64,000 nucleotides of DNA from assembly GCF_001194135.2 (NCBI RefSeq), contig NC_068990.1, forward strand, positions 59,847,939-59,911,938, read 5' to 3'. A program made the translations under genes and the position numbers. The DNA is from Octopus bimaculoides. Taxonomy: Eukaryota. The first letter of the stretch is position 1, and each line of letters starts with the position of its first letter. Of this stretch, positions 27,839 through 40,212 are shown one piece after another. The notes under the pieces are model-generated. The model was not told the DNA's origin. It made no database searches and was given only the letters and a program-made list of their open reading frames with translations.

Positions 27839-28524
27839 AGGGCTTTCCTATAAGGTGTTATCCACCCCTGATTGGAACTCTCCCGTATGACATGTACGCA
27901 TGCTCAGTGACTTGCTTTAACAGTTGCAATCAGCTGAATGCACATTGCCAGTGACATTTGACATAATTACCCATACTCTGTGGTCAGGATTCTTTTTTTG
28001 GTTTGATGTCGGTATCGAAGGGATTACCAGACACCGGACAATACAGTGAGAGCAGCTTTCACTCACATCTTAACTGTTGCTTTGTTTTCATCCGTAGCAC
28101 GAGGTAATTATGTCATTATCTGTGAAATTCGGCAACTTACAAGGATCTTTAGATCAGGCAATACTTCACAGAGAGGAGATATAAGCTTCTGCTTATTCCT
28201 GTCTGAAGTATCGNNNNNNNNNNNNNNNNNNNNNNNNNNNNNNNNNNNNNNNNNNNNNGTTGACATTCTTCATCGACAGAATTTTTATTCCTTTCAACCT
28301 TTCAGTCAAGTCCGCTTTTCTTCCAGTAACATACTGTCCATATAATCTTAAATATTTCTTTAACTCAGGCACAGTAAGTACTTCGATAGCTGAATCATCA
28401 AGCTGCTTTATATCCATGATAAGACGTAAAACAATAACAATGGTGTGGGTAGCCTCCGGAAGTTTAATTATCTACATGGAGCACCGCCTAGCCAAGGGAG
28501 ATAACCTACTTATAGGAAAGCCCT
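27839..28524 (-). mobile_element. Non-autonomous ISL2EU-like DNA transposon with SAP + SWIM-type ORF remnant
   Basis: Perfect TIR AGGGCTTTCCTATAAG flanked by an AT duplication. Minus strand encodes LTVPELKKYLRLYGQYVTGRKADLTERL (SAP) and HCIVRCLVIPS...HRVWVIMSNVTGNVHSADCNC (SWIM-like). Superfamily assignment is inference. Confidence 0.75.
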
Positions 28525-28818
28525 ATTGCTGGATATCCTTCCTGTCTGTCACCAAAAACCAACCCATTTCAAAGTTAGGTAATAACCCCCTAGCTTATCA
28601 AACAACAAGAAAATTGGAAGCAAACAAATATGGGCTGCTCTTTACAAAGAATGCGCAACATGTCAATGCATTTCAAAAAGCTTAGACATGCTTTCATAGC
28701 AAACTGCAAGCAAATGATGCCATTAGCTAATCCATAGTTTACAACCAGTCAGCCACACACACAAGGGAGATACCAGTGACTCACACAAACACACACATAT
28801 ATACGTATATATATATAC

Positions 28819-28915
<97 letters not shown>

Positions 28916-28934
28916 TATATATATTAATATCGTT

Positions 28935-29305
28935 TACTTGTTTTAGTCATTAGACTGTGGCCATGCTGGGGCACTACCTAGAAGAATTTTAGTCAACTGA
29001 ATCGACCCCAGTACTTATAAACCTGGTACTTATTCTGTCGGTCTCTTTTGCTAAACTTCTAAGTCATGGGGAATGTAAACATACCAACACCAGCTGTCAA
29101 ACAGTAGTGCGGAACAAACACAGACACAAAGACACGTGTGCACAGACAAACTTCTTTCAGTTTCTGTCTACCAAATCCACTCATGAGGCTTTGGTCAGCC
29201 CGAGGCTAGAGTAGAAGACACTTTGCCCAAAGTGCAATGCAGTAGGACTGAACCCAGAACCATGTGGTTGGAAAACAAACTTCTTACCACACAGCTATGC
29301 CTGTG
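28935..29305 (-). mobile_element. Same SINE family
   Basis: Reverse-complement match. Confidence 0.8.
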
Positions 29306-29731
29306 CCATGGTCAAAATACATCACAGAACTTGATTGTGATGGGTTTCTATGCTACTTTCTCCATAACAAAATGTAACCAGAATGTAACATGTTTCAATC
29401 AGTCAAGGATCCACCTTCAGTAAACACAATGAATTAAGATGACTGAAAATCAAAATCAAATAAACAATAGAACCATTAGATTTTGGTTAAATATTTTCCC
29501 TACAGCAGTTCTTAAAGGAACATGACAACTATGGTCACTAGTGTCCATTACTATCAACTTGACAACCAGTGCTAATTTTAACTCCTTATAGTTACTTTTA
29601 CTCAGATTATCACATCTACCTTATAGTAGCAGTTGGCAAGTGCTGACATGTTAGGACTTGCCAATGGTGTTTTTATCATTTACAAGCTGGTTTCCAATTG
29701 AATCTAATGGAATAAATGAACTTTATTCTAA

Positions 29732-30085
29732 GTGCAAGTGTGGCTGTGTGGTAAGAGGCATGTTTCCCAACCACATAGTTCTAGGTTCTGCTATCACCTC
29801 AAGCCAACCAAAGCCTTGACAGATGGAAATTGAAAGAAGCCCGTCATATAAGCATATAAAAATATATGTGTGTGTGTGTTTTGATGTTTATGTTTGTCCC
29901 TTGCCACCACTTGACAACTGGAATTGGTGTGCTTATGTCCCTGTAACCTAGCAGTTTGGTGAAAGAGACTGATAGAATAAATACCAGACTAAAAAGAAAT
30001 TAAGTACTGGGGTCCATTCAACTAAAAATTCTTCAAGGTGGTGCCCCAGCATGGCCGCAATCTCATGGCTGAAATAAGTGAGTGA
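29732..30085 (+). mobile_element. Same SINE family
   Basis: Head-core-tail match. Confidence 0.8.
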
Positions 30086-30284
30086 TAAATGACAGTAACA
30101 CCTCTTATTTAGTAGTTAGTCCTAACTTTTATACTTTCTACATTTTATTGTCAGGTAAAGTCTACCGTGCCTGTGGTAAATATGCTTGATTTATCCATCA
30201 GAGTTGTACTTCAATTAAAGTAACATATAGTTCTCTTTCTACTACAGTTATCATTGTACTTGTGTGATAACACTGAATGCAATT

Positions 30285-30620
30285 CAATAATATGCAGTGA
30301 TATACATATGGAAGATCATGGATGGTCTAGCTCCCAGCTTTGCCAACCATCAAACAGAACGGCACTGCATGCCAACAAAGATCCTGTCTTTTCCATCTAG
30401 AATAAGGACTCAGTGGTGTAACAGCTTGGATTTCAAGGATCCACAACTGTTTAACATTCTGCCAAACAACCTCAGAGATTTGTGAGGTGTAGATGTGGAG
30501 GGCTTCAAAGAACATCTGGACAAATTTTTACCTGAGATTTTTGCCAAACCGTGACAGGAGACACAAAGGTGAGCAGCTCAGTCCAACTTGCTTCTTGATC
30601 ACAAACTGTACAGAAAAGAA
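30285..30620 (+). mobile_element. CR1/L2-like LINE 3' fragment
   Basis: IYIWKIMDGLAPSF...NSLDFKDPQLFNILPNNLRDL..VDVEGFKEHLDKFL. Confidence 0.75.
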
Positions 30621-30699
30621 AATCACACTGAAAAGCAGTGCTCCGGTACGGCTTCAGTGTCTGGCTAAAACCAGTAAAATAATAAAAAAAAAAAAAGAT

Positions 30700-31097
30700 A
30701 TTGAGGTGTGGCTGTGTGGTAAGATACTTCCTCCCCAACCACATGGTTCCAGGCTCAGTCCCACTGCATGGACCATGGTCAAGTGTCTTCTACTATAGAC
30801 CTGGGCCGACCAAAGCCTTGTGAGTGGATTTGGTAGATGGAAACCGAAAGTAACCCATCATATATATGTGTGCGTGTGAGTTTGTGCTTGTCCCCACCAC
30901 CATTGCTTGACAACCAATGTTGGTGTGTTTATGTCCCTATAACCTAGCAGTTCGGCAAAAGAAACTGACAAAATAAGTACCAGGCTTACAAAGAATAAGT
31001 CCTGGGGTCTATTTCTTCAACTAAAAATCCCTTTAAGGCAGTACTCCAGCATGGTCACAGTCAAATGATTAAAACAAGTAAAAGAATAAAAGAGAAT
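30700..31097 (+). mobile_element. tRNA-derived SINE, most abundant family in the window (reference copy)
   Basis: GTGGCTGTGTGGTAAG head, GGGCAAGTGTCTTCTACTATAG core, internal (TG)n, CAGCATGG(C/T)CACAGTCAAATGA and (GAGTAAAA)-like tail. Confidence 0.85.
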
Positions 31098-32920
31098 ACA
31101 TTCTGCAAGTCCTACCGCCATGCTGACATTGTTGAAAACTTTCTGAGATCCATGCTTGTGCAGTATTTCAAGCTTTGGATCTAATGCAGTTTGGTAATGT
31201 GTGTTTCATCTATCAAATATTTGAGACGACTAAAGAAGGAGCCAATATCATCCTTTTAAGTAAGGACTTGCACAACATTCAGGTTCTAAAACCTACAAGT
31301 GATTCCCTTACAACTGAACAACAGCAGTGTGGGTAAAGAATATTGCCTAAATACCACCTGGAAAAAGTACCCCACCATTACCAACTGGAAGGTTTTACTC
31401 ACCAATGCAATACCTGTAAGATGAATTAGGAAAGCAAATGATATCTTCAAACATCGTGCAACTTACAAGCTCTCTCTCACCTAGATTGTAGCCAGACTGA
31501 ATGTTCCAAAGATGGTCTCTACCAATTTCATAGAATCCTTTTACTTCCTGCAATAAATATGTTCCTGTTGGCAAAACCACCATTTTTGGTCCCTAACTCC
31601 GCAATAAGCATATACTAAACTCTGCTTTTGTCACCAAAATTGTCAAATGCAAACTTCCCTGCATTCCAACCCAACAAAACAGTTGGCCCTAACAACCACC
31701 TGCTTTTAGCCTTTAACAGTACACTTAAGAGCTATCTCCTACCTACACCTATCAAATTTTTCAATCTGCAAAGATCAACCCCAATATACGGAAACATATA
31801 TTCAGAAGTAATATAATTTCACTAAACCTGCCAACTGCTGTCTTATTGCCTTCACTTTCAGTATCTGAAAACATTGTGTCTCAATTGAGCAAGATATATT
31901 GGAGACATCTCTAATGTCTTGTACTAGAGGCAATACAGTTCTAAGAACTTTGATGAGCCAAAAAAGGAGCCACTACATGATTACTGACCTACTTGAAATA
32001 GCAATCAGATTTCCCTCAAATCACACTCTGTCATAGGACACATTAGCTAACTGGCGGCTAGAAAGCAGAAAGATGTCCACAAACCACAGACCTCTGCCAA
32101 AATGGTTGCCACAGAATGGAGTCCACTAAAGGCACTCAAGAGTCAGGAGGTGGTGTGAAACCAGAAAAAGGATTAAGTGTACTGGCCATATAAGCCAAGG
32201 TAGAAAGTAAAGTTAGATTTTAAAAAGCCAGAACAAATATCACAAGGTATCCAGTCTGATACACTTTATTCTCTACATTAATAATCTACTTCTTGTGATC
32301 CTCATGAGAGGACTGTGACTGATCATAAACCTTAAACACTGCTGCTGCAACACAACACACACAAATCCAAATATCACAGTCAACACATACTACAACCATT
32401 AGTTCAGTGACATGTTATTGCTTTTCTCTACCTCTTCTCACTACTACAAAGGACTCCATATCTTTGAACTAGCAGCCTGCATATCCTCTCTACCAAATAT
32501 ACCCCGCATGTTTCTGTTCCTTTACTGTACATCACCTACTAGAGCTGTAACTCTCTTAAATTTGATTCCATTCCTACCTACATCAAACACCAGAATATCA
32601 TTAGCCTGGGAGGGGCCATAAAAAAAAAACCAATGAGTAATACCATTCCTCCTCTAATTAATAAAAAAAAGTATTACTATAACAATTTTAATATATGACT
32701 GAGCTCAATTAAACTAACTGGAATTTAAAGTAATAAACTTTGGATGAAAGCGAAATGAAAGTGTATATAAAGATTTTGAAATAGTGGCTAGAAAAAAAAC
32801 CTCTTTAAAGATTTGGTGTGATCATATCAGACAGAATAAAATCATTTGGTAAGTGTATTTCAATAATGGAAAACTGTTGGGATGCTTGAAAACTAGTTTA
32901 GATTCTTCACAAGAAGCTCA

Positions 32921-33148
32921 TTAACCCTTTAGCATTTAAACAGGCCATATCCAGCCAAAATATCCTGCTTTACATTCAAAAAGGGAGGATCCAACCTCTC
33001 ACGTCTATCCTACAATGTCACTCAAAAAAAAAGTACACAATCATATCAACAAAATCTCATAGCTATGATGTAATGCATGATTAGTTCAAAACCATGCAAA
33101 TAAATAAACATTACATTTGACAAAATAATCTGAAAGCTAGAGGGTTAA
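32921..33148 (+). mobile_element. piggyBac-type MITE (TTAA TSD)
   Basis: TTAA-CCCTTTAGCA...GCTAGAGGG-TTAA. Confidence 0.75.
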
Positions 33149-34161
33149 AGCACTATTCTAGCTGACTGACAGTTAACCTCAATGTGTGAATGTTCCAAGT
33201 TGTAGGCCACAGTTTTGCACATATGTTACTGAAACTTTCAAGAGGATCATATACTAAACCAGGACAAGAGTATATAGAAAGTATCTGCAGCTAACATCAA
33301 ATAAGACCGAAAATTTCAAAGCAAAGACAACATATACTAATATTATAAGGTGAAGGCTGAACTAATTTCTTAAATAGAACAAGATACTCAGTTCAAAATT
33401 CAAGAAGATGTATAATGGTTCCTAAACTAAAAAGCAAATATAATAAAAGATATGCAAATTATTCTCTATAGAAACTTCTTTTAGGTTCCTAATAGCTATT
33501 TTATAACTAATTTTTTTTTTATCATTAGCTGGACAAAAATGCATTCATCAAATCACTTTATTACAATGTATCACTCAGTAAGTGTTGCTGATAAAACAAT
33601 GGGTACAACTTGTAATTTCCTTTCTGCCACAAATGCAAAAAATCATTGTCTATTGTAAAATATCATTGTATACTTTTAGTGTTTGTGGCTAAGTTGGAGA
33701 TCAATTAGAATCAACTAACCCATATAGGTATAGGCAATATCAAGATATTGTGTTAAGATGATACATTTGAAGATGGCCTATATCTTAGCACAAGCAACCA
33801 GAATTTTGTTCATATAAGTTCAAGCTCCACAATTATACATTTTTAGAGCAGGTATTTTGAAGAAATATTAAACTTGTCTCTGCATGTTTGTTTTGATAGA
33901 TTTTTCTTCAACAGTTTGACTTAATCCCTTCAATTATTTGCAAGCTTCTTTCTTGGACCAATAGTAATATCCAATGAACAAAGACAAGAATTAGAACCAT
34001 ATGGAAAGCAGAGAGCAAAGAATTTCTCAACAAACCGACAACAACTTTATTGGTGTCATGGAAACACTTTATTTCAGAAACCATAAGCTGATGAGTGGGT
34101 GTGTTAAGGTTGAAAGGTCAGTGACTCCTCAAGTCTATGATAATTTACATTTCCGTCACAC

Positions 34162-34344
34162 CTTATAGATATGAGAGAGGAGTTGGAGTAAAGCTCCAGA
34201 ACAAGAAAGTCTGAAGCCACCAGCTACTGTTTCAGACTTTGAGATCAAATTAGTCATACAAGCAAGAGAGGAAGAGGAAACGATGAAGAAAGTTTTAAAG
34301 TCACCACTCTTCTTTACGGTGATTGAATTCTTCAATTCTTCTAA
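34162..34344 (-). other. Candidate exon (183 nt, one open frame), preceded by a possible 60-nt intron 34345-34404
   Basis: TTTCTTTCACATTCAG acceptor, AAG|GTGTGA donor and upstream CAT|GTAAGG donor. The peptide LEELKNSITVKKSGDF... is not recognised. Confidence 0.25.
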
Positions 34345-35099
34345 CTGAATGTGAAAGAAACTCAGTGGTGTCGACCCGATGAGATCAGTAGTTGTCTCCC
34401 TTACATGACGAAACTCGATTCACTCCATAAATATTCAATGTCGAAATGAAATTAAAAATAGATTCTCCACCATTTACATACACACAAGGTCTTTCTTTCG
34501 AATAATTTTGTTGGCTTTTTTATTTCACACACAAAAATATAACCCACATAGCAGACAACGATACAATCTCGTGTAATTTTCATTAAATTCCGATTTTATT
34601 CTACAAAGAATTTCTTCGATGAATAAAATGCAACAAATCAGACGACTATCATGAAATGAAGTATGTTAATCAATTATGAGGAGTTAACATTTGTCTAATT
34701 CTAGCAAGATTTATTTAACTACATTTTCACTTCCAAACTTTACCCATATGTTACACAAGAAGATTTAATGAACAGGTGTTAGAAAAGGGAAGTACGATTT
34801 CAAAAAGGAAGAAACAGTTTACTAGGAAGAAACTTACAATTCATGACAAACTATGTTTAAAGCGTTAATAAAATCCTTGTAGTGTTATCTATGTATTTGG
34901 TAAACACAGTAACAACAGCAAGAATTATTATGTTTTAAAAATGACAATGCAAACGAAGTAATCCATATCGAGATATAACAACCAAGTGTTGATTGTAAGT
35001 TAAAACATAAGCAAAATATTTAAAAACTCTAAAAAGACCAACTTACTAAATATATTATTAATTTCTATGTAGAACTCTGTATCCAAAAGGTGTATGTGT

Positions 35100-35169
<70 letters not shown>

Positions 35170-35349
35170 GTGTGTGTGTATACTTTCGTATCAAGTTATT
35201 GTCGATAGCCAAATAAAATATCTATATCTTCATAATTCTTCTCTTGTACATACTCTATATCTGCACGTTTCTGTTTCTTTAAAATAGCAGCATGCACATA
35301 TGTTTATACACACACACATATTTATATATATATATATATATATAGAATT

Positions 35350-35413
<64 letters not shown>

Positions 35414-35649
35414 AGTGTGTATCGATTGAGTTGAGTCAGAATTTCAACACAATACAGGAAGTAACACGGTTGTAGTAATAGACTTTTGTATATAATTTTC
35501 AACAATAGTAATTAAGTAGAGGATTATTTAATAAAAGCAAAATATTCTAATATATCTAAGTTGTTAAAAATTGAACGTCTGTATGGCTATTTGTCTCATA
35601 AACATTTGGCTTGTTGAAATTGGCACAAAAAATCCACTTTAAAAAAACA

Positions 35650-35859
35650 AACAAAAACAAAAAAACTATACTAGTATTATTTTCCGGCTATCAGATCAAA
35701 CACTGACGACTGGCGAACACGTAATACCAATAGCCAGTTCCTGTTGTCTCAAAACCTCGATGAAATAAATATTTTCATCTTAACATATAAATAAACGAAG
35801 TATATGCGACGATATATTAAGGAAAGCTCACTACGAAGCGAAAAGATATTTTATTTAAC

Positions 35860-35894
<35 letters not shown>

Positions 35895-37900
35895 TATAAA
35901 TATATATATATATAGAGAGAGAGCGCAAAGGAATATAATGTAAGTGGACGTGGTTGTATGAGGAAAGGGTTATGTCATAGACAAACTGATAGACACATGA
36001 CCATTGCCGAGAAGCTGACTGGCGCTGTCTGCAGACAGACCAACTAGAAAAGATTACAAACCAGGGCCATTTATACAGAACTCAGCATTTCAAGCAATTT
36101 TCATTGTAATAATAATTATTATAAAGCAAAATCAACACACTCAGCCAATAATAAAATCCACGTTTCAAGCAGTTATAATGTAACGAAATAAACCAAGGCA
36201 TGTCAATACTTGTGGGTCGTAAATCAACATATTCTACATTTTGATAGTCAATAATAATATGTAGCATGATGTCGATGTTATGCAATTCGGTGGTGGTGGT
36301 GGTGGTGCGATGAAAAGGAGCTACATATATATAAATATATATATATATACACACAGACACACGCCAATATAAACAGATAATATACGACATAGAAAGAGCA
36401 AAGCAAAGACGGAAGGGAGAGAAGGAAAATAAATGCGAAGTGACGTAGAGAACGATCGACGTAATAGAAAATTAAATGTAATCGACGATGATGTCGTTGA
36501 TATAGGGAAATAATGGGGAAGGAAATTTGTATGAAGGTCTGGAGATAGTTAGTTCAAAATATTAGCGTCAGCAATCGGTAAAGAGGTTTATCAGACGGAT
36601 GTCAGCTCGAGGAGAGAAAGAGAAACTCACCTTACCTACACAGATAAATAGAGAGAGAGAGAAAGATAAGATTCGCTGTATTTTTTTTCTCTTGTAAAAG
36701 AGCTTAGAATCTTCTTTTCGAAAGGGTCAGTTTGTGTAGCACTAGGAGGATAAACAACAGACAAATAAACGATAGTCAATCATTTTGTCAATATCGATAG
36801 ATTAACGAAGTAGGTCAGAAATCTAAACAGTAAGGTCATTTGGTGTAAGTTAGACAGGGGCCCAGCTTTTGCTACTTGCACGATACGGGTAGATTGGGTT
36901 TAGGAGTAGCCAACTCAGTGATGAGTAAACAGGTCTCAAAAGGTAGTAGTAGTCACTACTTACAGATCGTGTCCTCGGGTGTTTTTGTCTTTGTTGGTGA
37001 AGTGGACACGGTGGACACTAACCGAACGAGCCGGCGATCAGCTGGTATACCAGTCCTCCCCTTCTTCCTCTAGCAGACCTCTCGCTTCGCCATCATCCTA
37101 CTCAAGGGTCTACGTGACGGTGGAGAGTGCATCAAGGGACGCAATTCAAATTGACGCAAAAACTTAGGGATCTCCAGTTGTGCGACGGTGGTTGCGCCGC
37201 CACCGTAGCAGGAAACGACTTGTGCCCTCCCTTCCTTCCTCTCATTTCCATATCTCCCATCGCTGTTTCATTTATATGTAAATATGGTCTTTGCTTTAGT
37301 ATGTTATGCTATTAGTTTCGATTTTGTATTTAAAGTATCAGACGATTTTGTAAATATCTAAACCTTCAATATTTGCTTGTTTATATATTGTTTATTTATT
37401 TTTTTTTTGCTCTGTCTTTTAGAAAATATACAGCTTAAACTTGGAATAAAATTATTAAATCATATCACTCTAGTAGTTTACTTGAAGAAATATTTTCCTA
37501 ATAAGACAACGTATGATGGGGAATAATACCGAAGCTGTTTCAACAGGTGGTTGTCGGGTGGTAATATGATAGAGAACAAAACGAAACGAAAATAAATAAA
37601 AAAAAAAGCTACGTTGTTGCCTACATTGCAATACAAATGATAGGAAAGTGAAGTAAGGGAGAGAAATGTTGTCAACAACTGCCATAGTTATTTAAGCATT
37701 TCCTCACAGCAATTAAAAATTATTGCAGCCTTAGACTAATTTTTTTAAAAGCTAAAATTTATATAACTGCAAAATATGTTTTCCTTTTTATTTTATTATA
37801 ACATGAGTGCTGTCTCTGATTTTTCCTTGACAACCGACAGTTAATTTAAATCATCGAATGTATTAGCATTTAAAGTGAATACAGGAATATAGTTAGTGAC
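35650..37900. promoter_or_regulatory. CpG-enriched, TE-free island; probable promoter/TSS region of a minus-strand transcript (possibly bidirectional)
   Basis: CG dinucleotides are visibly frequent here (e.g. 36960-37220) against a CpG-poor background, and no SINEs are present. A minus-strand consensus donor GTAAGT lies at 36963-36958. Confidence 0.6.
36964..37250 (-). ncRNA. Candidate non-coding first exon (5'UTR or lncRNA)
   Basis: GC-rich segment ending ...ACGATCT|GTAAGT on the minus strand. It contains only a short uORF (MHSPPSRRPLSRMMAKREVC*). The 5' boundary is approximate. Confidence 0.45.
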
Positions 37901-39814
37901 TAGACGACTATTGTTCACCCCCCCCACACGCACATACACACACACACATATCTTCTTACATCATATTTGCATTATAATCATGTTATATCATATATGCATT
38001 GTAAGATGTGATAACACATACGCATTGCCAGGATGTGATTTTACATGTGCATTTTAATAATATAAATTCGTTTCTTTATTTTCCAAAGAATACACTCATT
38101 TGTTTAGTTTCCTTAAATTTTGCAATTTTACTTTAATAAATATTATTTTGGTTTGCAAAAAAAAAAGAAGAAAAATACACGAGTCTTATTCATAAACCTT
38201 TAGATATGTCCCCCATTTATAAGGTAATACAGAAACACACGTGTGCGTGTGTCAATTACATATATATATACATTAAATCATATACTTAATTGTTACACAC
38301 ACACACGTGTGTGCCTGTGTGTATTTATATATATATGTTTGTATGTTTGTCAATTTATGTATATTTCATTTACATTATTGTATGTTTTTCAAGTGAAATT
38401 AGCTATTGATATCAAATATATTCCTTTATGATGTTAATTCAAGTTAGATATTGCTAACATCAGAATCATTACAATTTCATAGAGAATTTCTTTCAACAAT
38501 TAATGGTTAAATTTGGGTTTATGAGGGAAATATAAAAGATCATTAAATGGAACCCTGTTTGTTCCTGAAATTAAAATTCTAAAATTAATTGTTCCTGAAA
38601 TCAGTTGGGAAGTATATGCAATATTTTCACTATTATCTCAGCATTGATATACCTTGAGGATTTAATGAGTAGTGTATTGATGTAGAAGTGATTCGAAACC
38701 AAACTGCTAGGTAACTGGTCAGATACCACAATTAAACCACATTAATTTCACGTGATCAGTTTATTAAGCAAGCTAATCAGTGTGAAGCTGTAATGTAGTT
38801 CAATCTTCCAGAATCTTTTTGTGCCCTATTAAAATGCCACTTTTAGCACCTGTATTTGCAGAATGCTGAGGCAGCTGAGTGAAATATACCACCATTCTTG
38901 CCATCAATTGGTTCCAAACTTTAGTGTAGACATCCCAGGAGGACAGTTAAGACAGATGGTGCAGATAGATGACCTGGAACCTCTATCGCCATGAAGATAG
39001 CACAGATGTGTTCAGTTATTTTGGGTAAAACTGCATGTTGCAGTACTGATAACTTTCTGTAATCTTACAGCAGTCTCTCTCTCTACCAGTCAGTAACCAG
39101 TGTCTCTCTCTCTCTCTCCCAGTCTGTAATTATTGCTGTTGTTATTTGTAAAAGACCAATGCAGTTGTCTTCATGTGCAATGATAAATACTTCTGTTAAA
39201 TGTTCGCAACTGTTGTTCAGTTACCTCTTCATATAGCTCAAGAAATATATTTTCATTCATTAACTCAACCAGGTACCACAGCAGCATCAACGAAACATTA
39301 TAATATATTTGTGACATCCAATGACACAGCCTGCCCACAACAACACCTACAATGTAATCTAACACTCTGCCGTTAGTTCATCCAAATGTATAATACAAAT
39401 TCTATTAAAACTTTATGAATTCTTGAGGTTAAGTCCATCTGGTATCATTGTTGTGTCAAAAAGCAACAAGACAGTGACAAGTTTTAAGAACTTGCTCATT
39501 AAAGTTGCATTGCATCTTTGGCATATAAACTTGATCTTTTCTCTTACGTCTTGGATGTTTCTCTTTGAATATTTTGTGATAAATTCAAATGTAAAACAAT
39601 AAGCTATCAAGCTATATCATTGACTAAAGAGACTGGAGATATGTTGAGTAGTCTTGATCAACATAAGGTGAATAAACTTATGATGTAAAGAGAGAACTAA
39701 CTTATGTTAGAAGAGTAAATTGCAACTTCAATGATAAACAATCTGCTGTTTTTTTCTAATATGATAATTATTTAAAGTTAATAGATGAACAAGGGTCAAT
39801 TAACATCCAAATAT

Positions 39815-40212
39815 CTTTTATCTTTTACTTATTTCACTCATTAAACTATGACTATGCTGGGGCACTGCCTTGAAGAATTTTAGTTGAATGAATCAACCCT
39901 GTACTTACTTTTTAAAGCCTGATTCTTATTCTATTAGTTTCTTTTGCCAAACCCCTAAGTAACATGGATGTAAACACACTAATACTGATTGTAAAGTGGT
40001 GGAGGGGAACAAATACAGAGACATATACATCAATATATATATACACACACACACACACACAAACACACAATGGGCTTCTTTCAGTTTTCATCAACCAAAT
40101 CCACTCACAAGGTTTTGGTTGGCCTGGGGCTATAATAGAAGATACTTGCCTAAGGTGCCATGCAGTGAGACTGAATCCAAGGCCATGTGGTTGGGAAGCA
40201 AACTTTTTACCG
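39815..40212 (-). mobile_element. Same SINE family
   Basis: Reverse-complement match. Confidence 0.8.
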
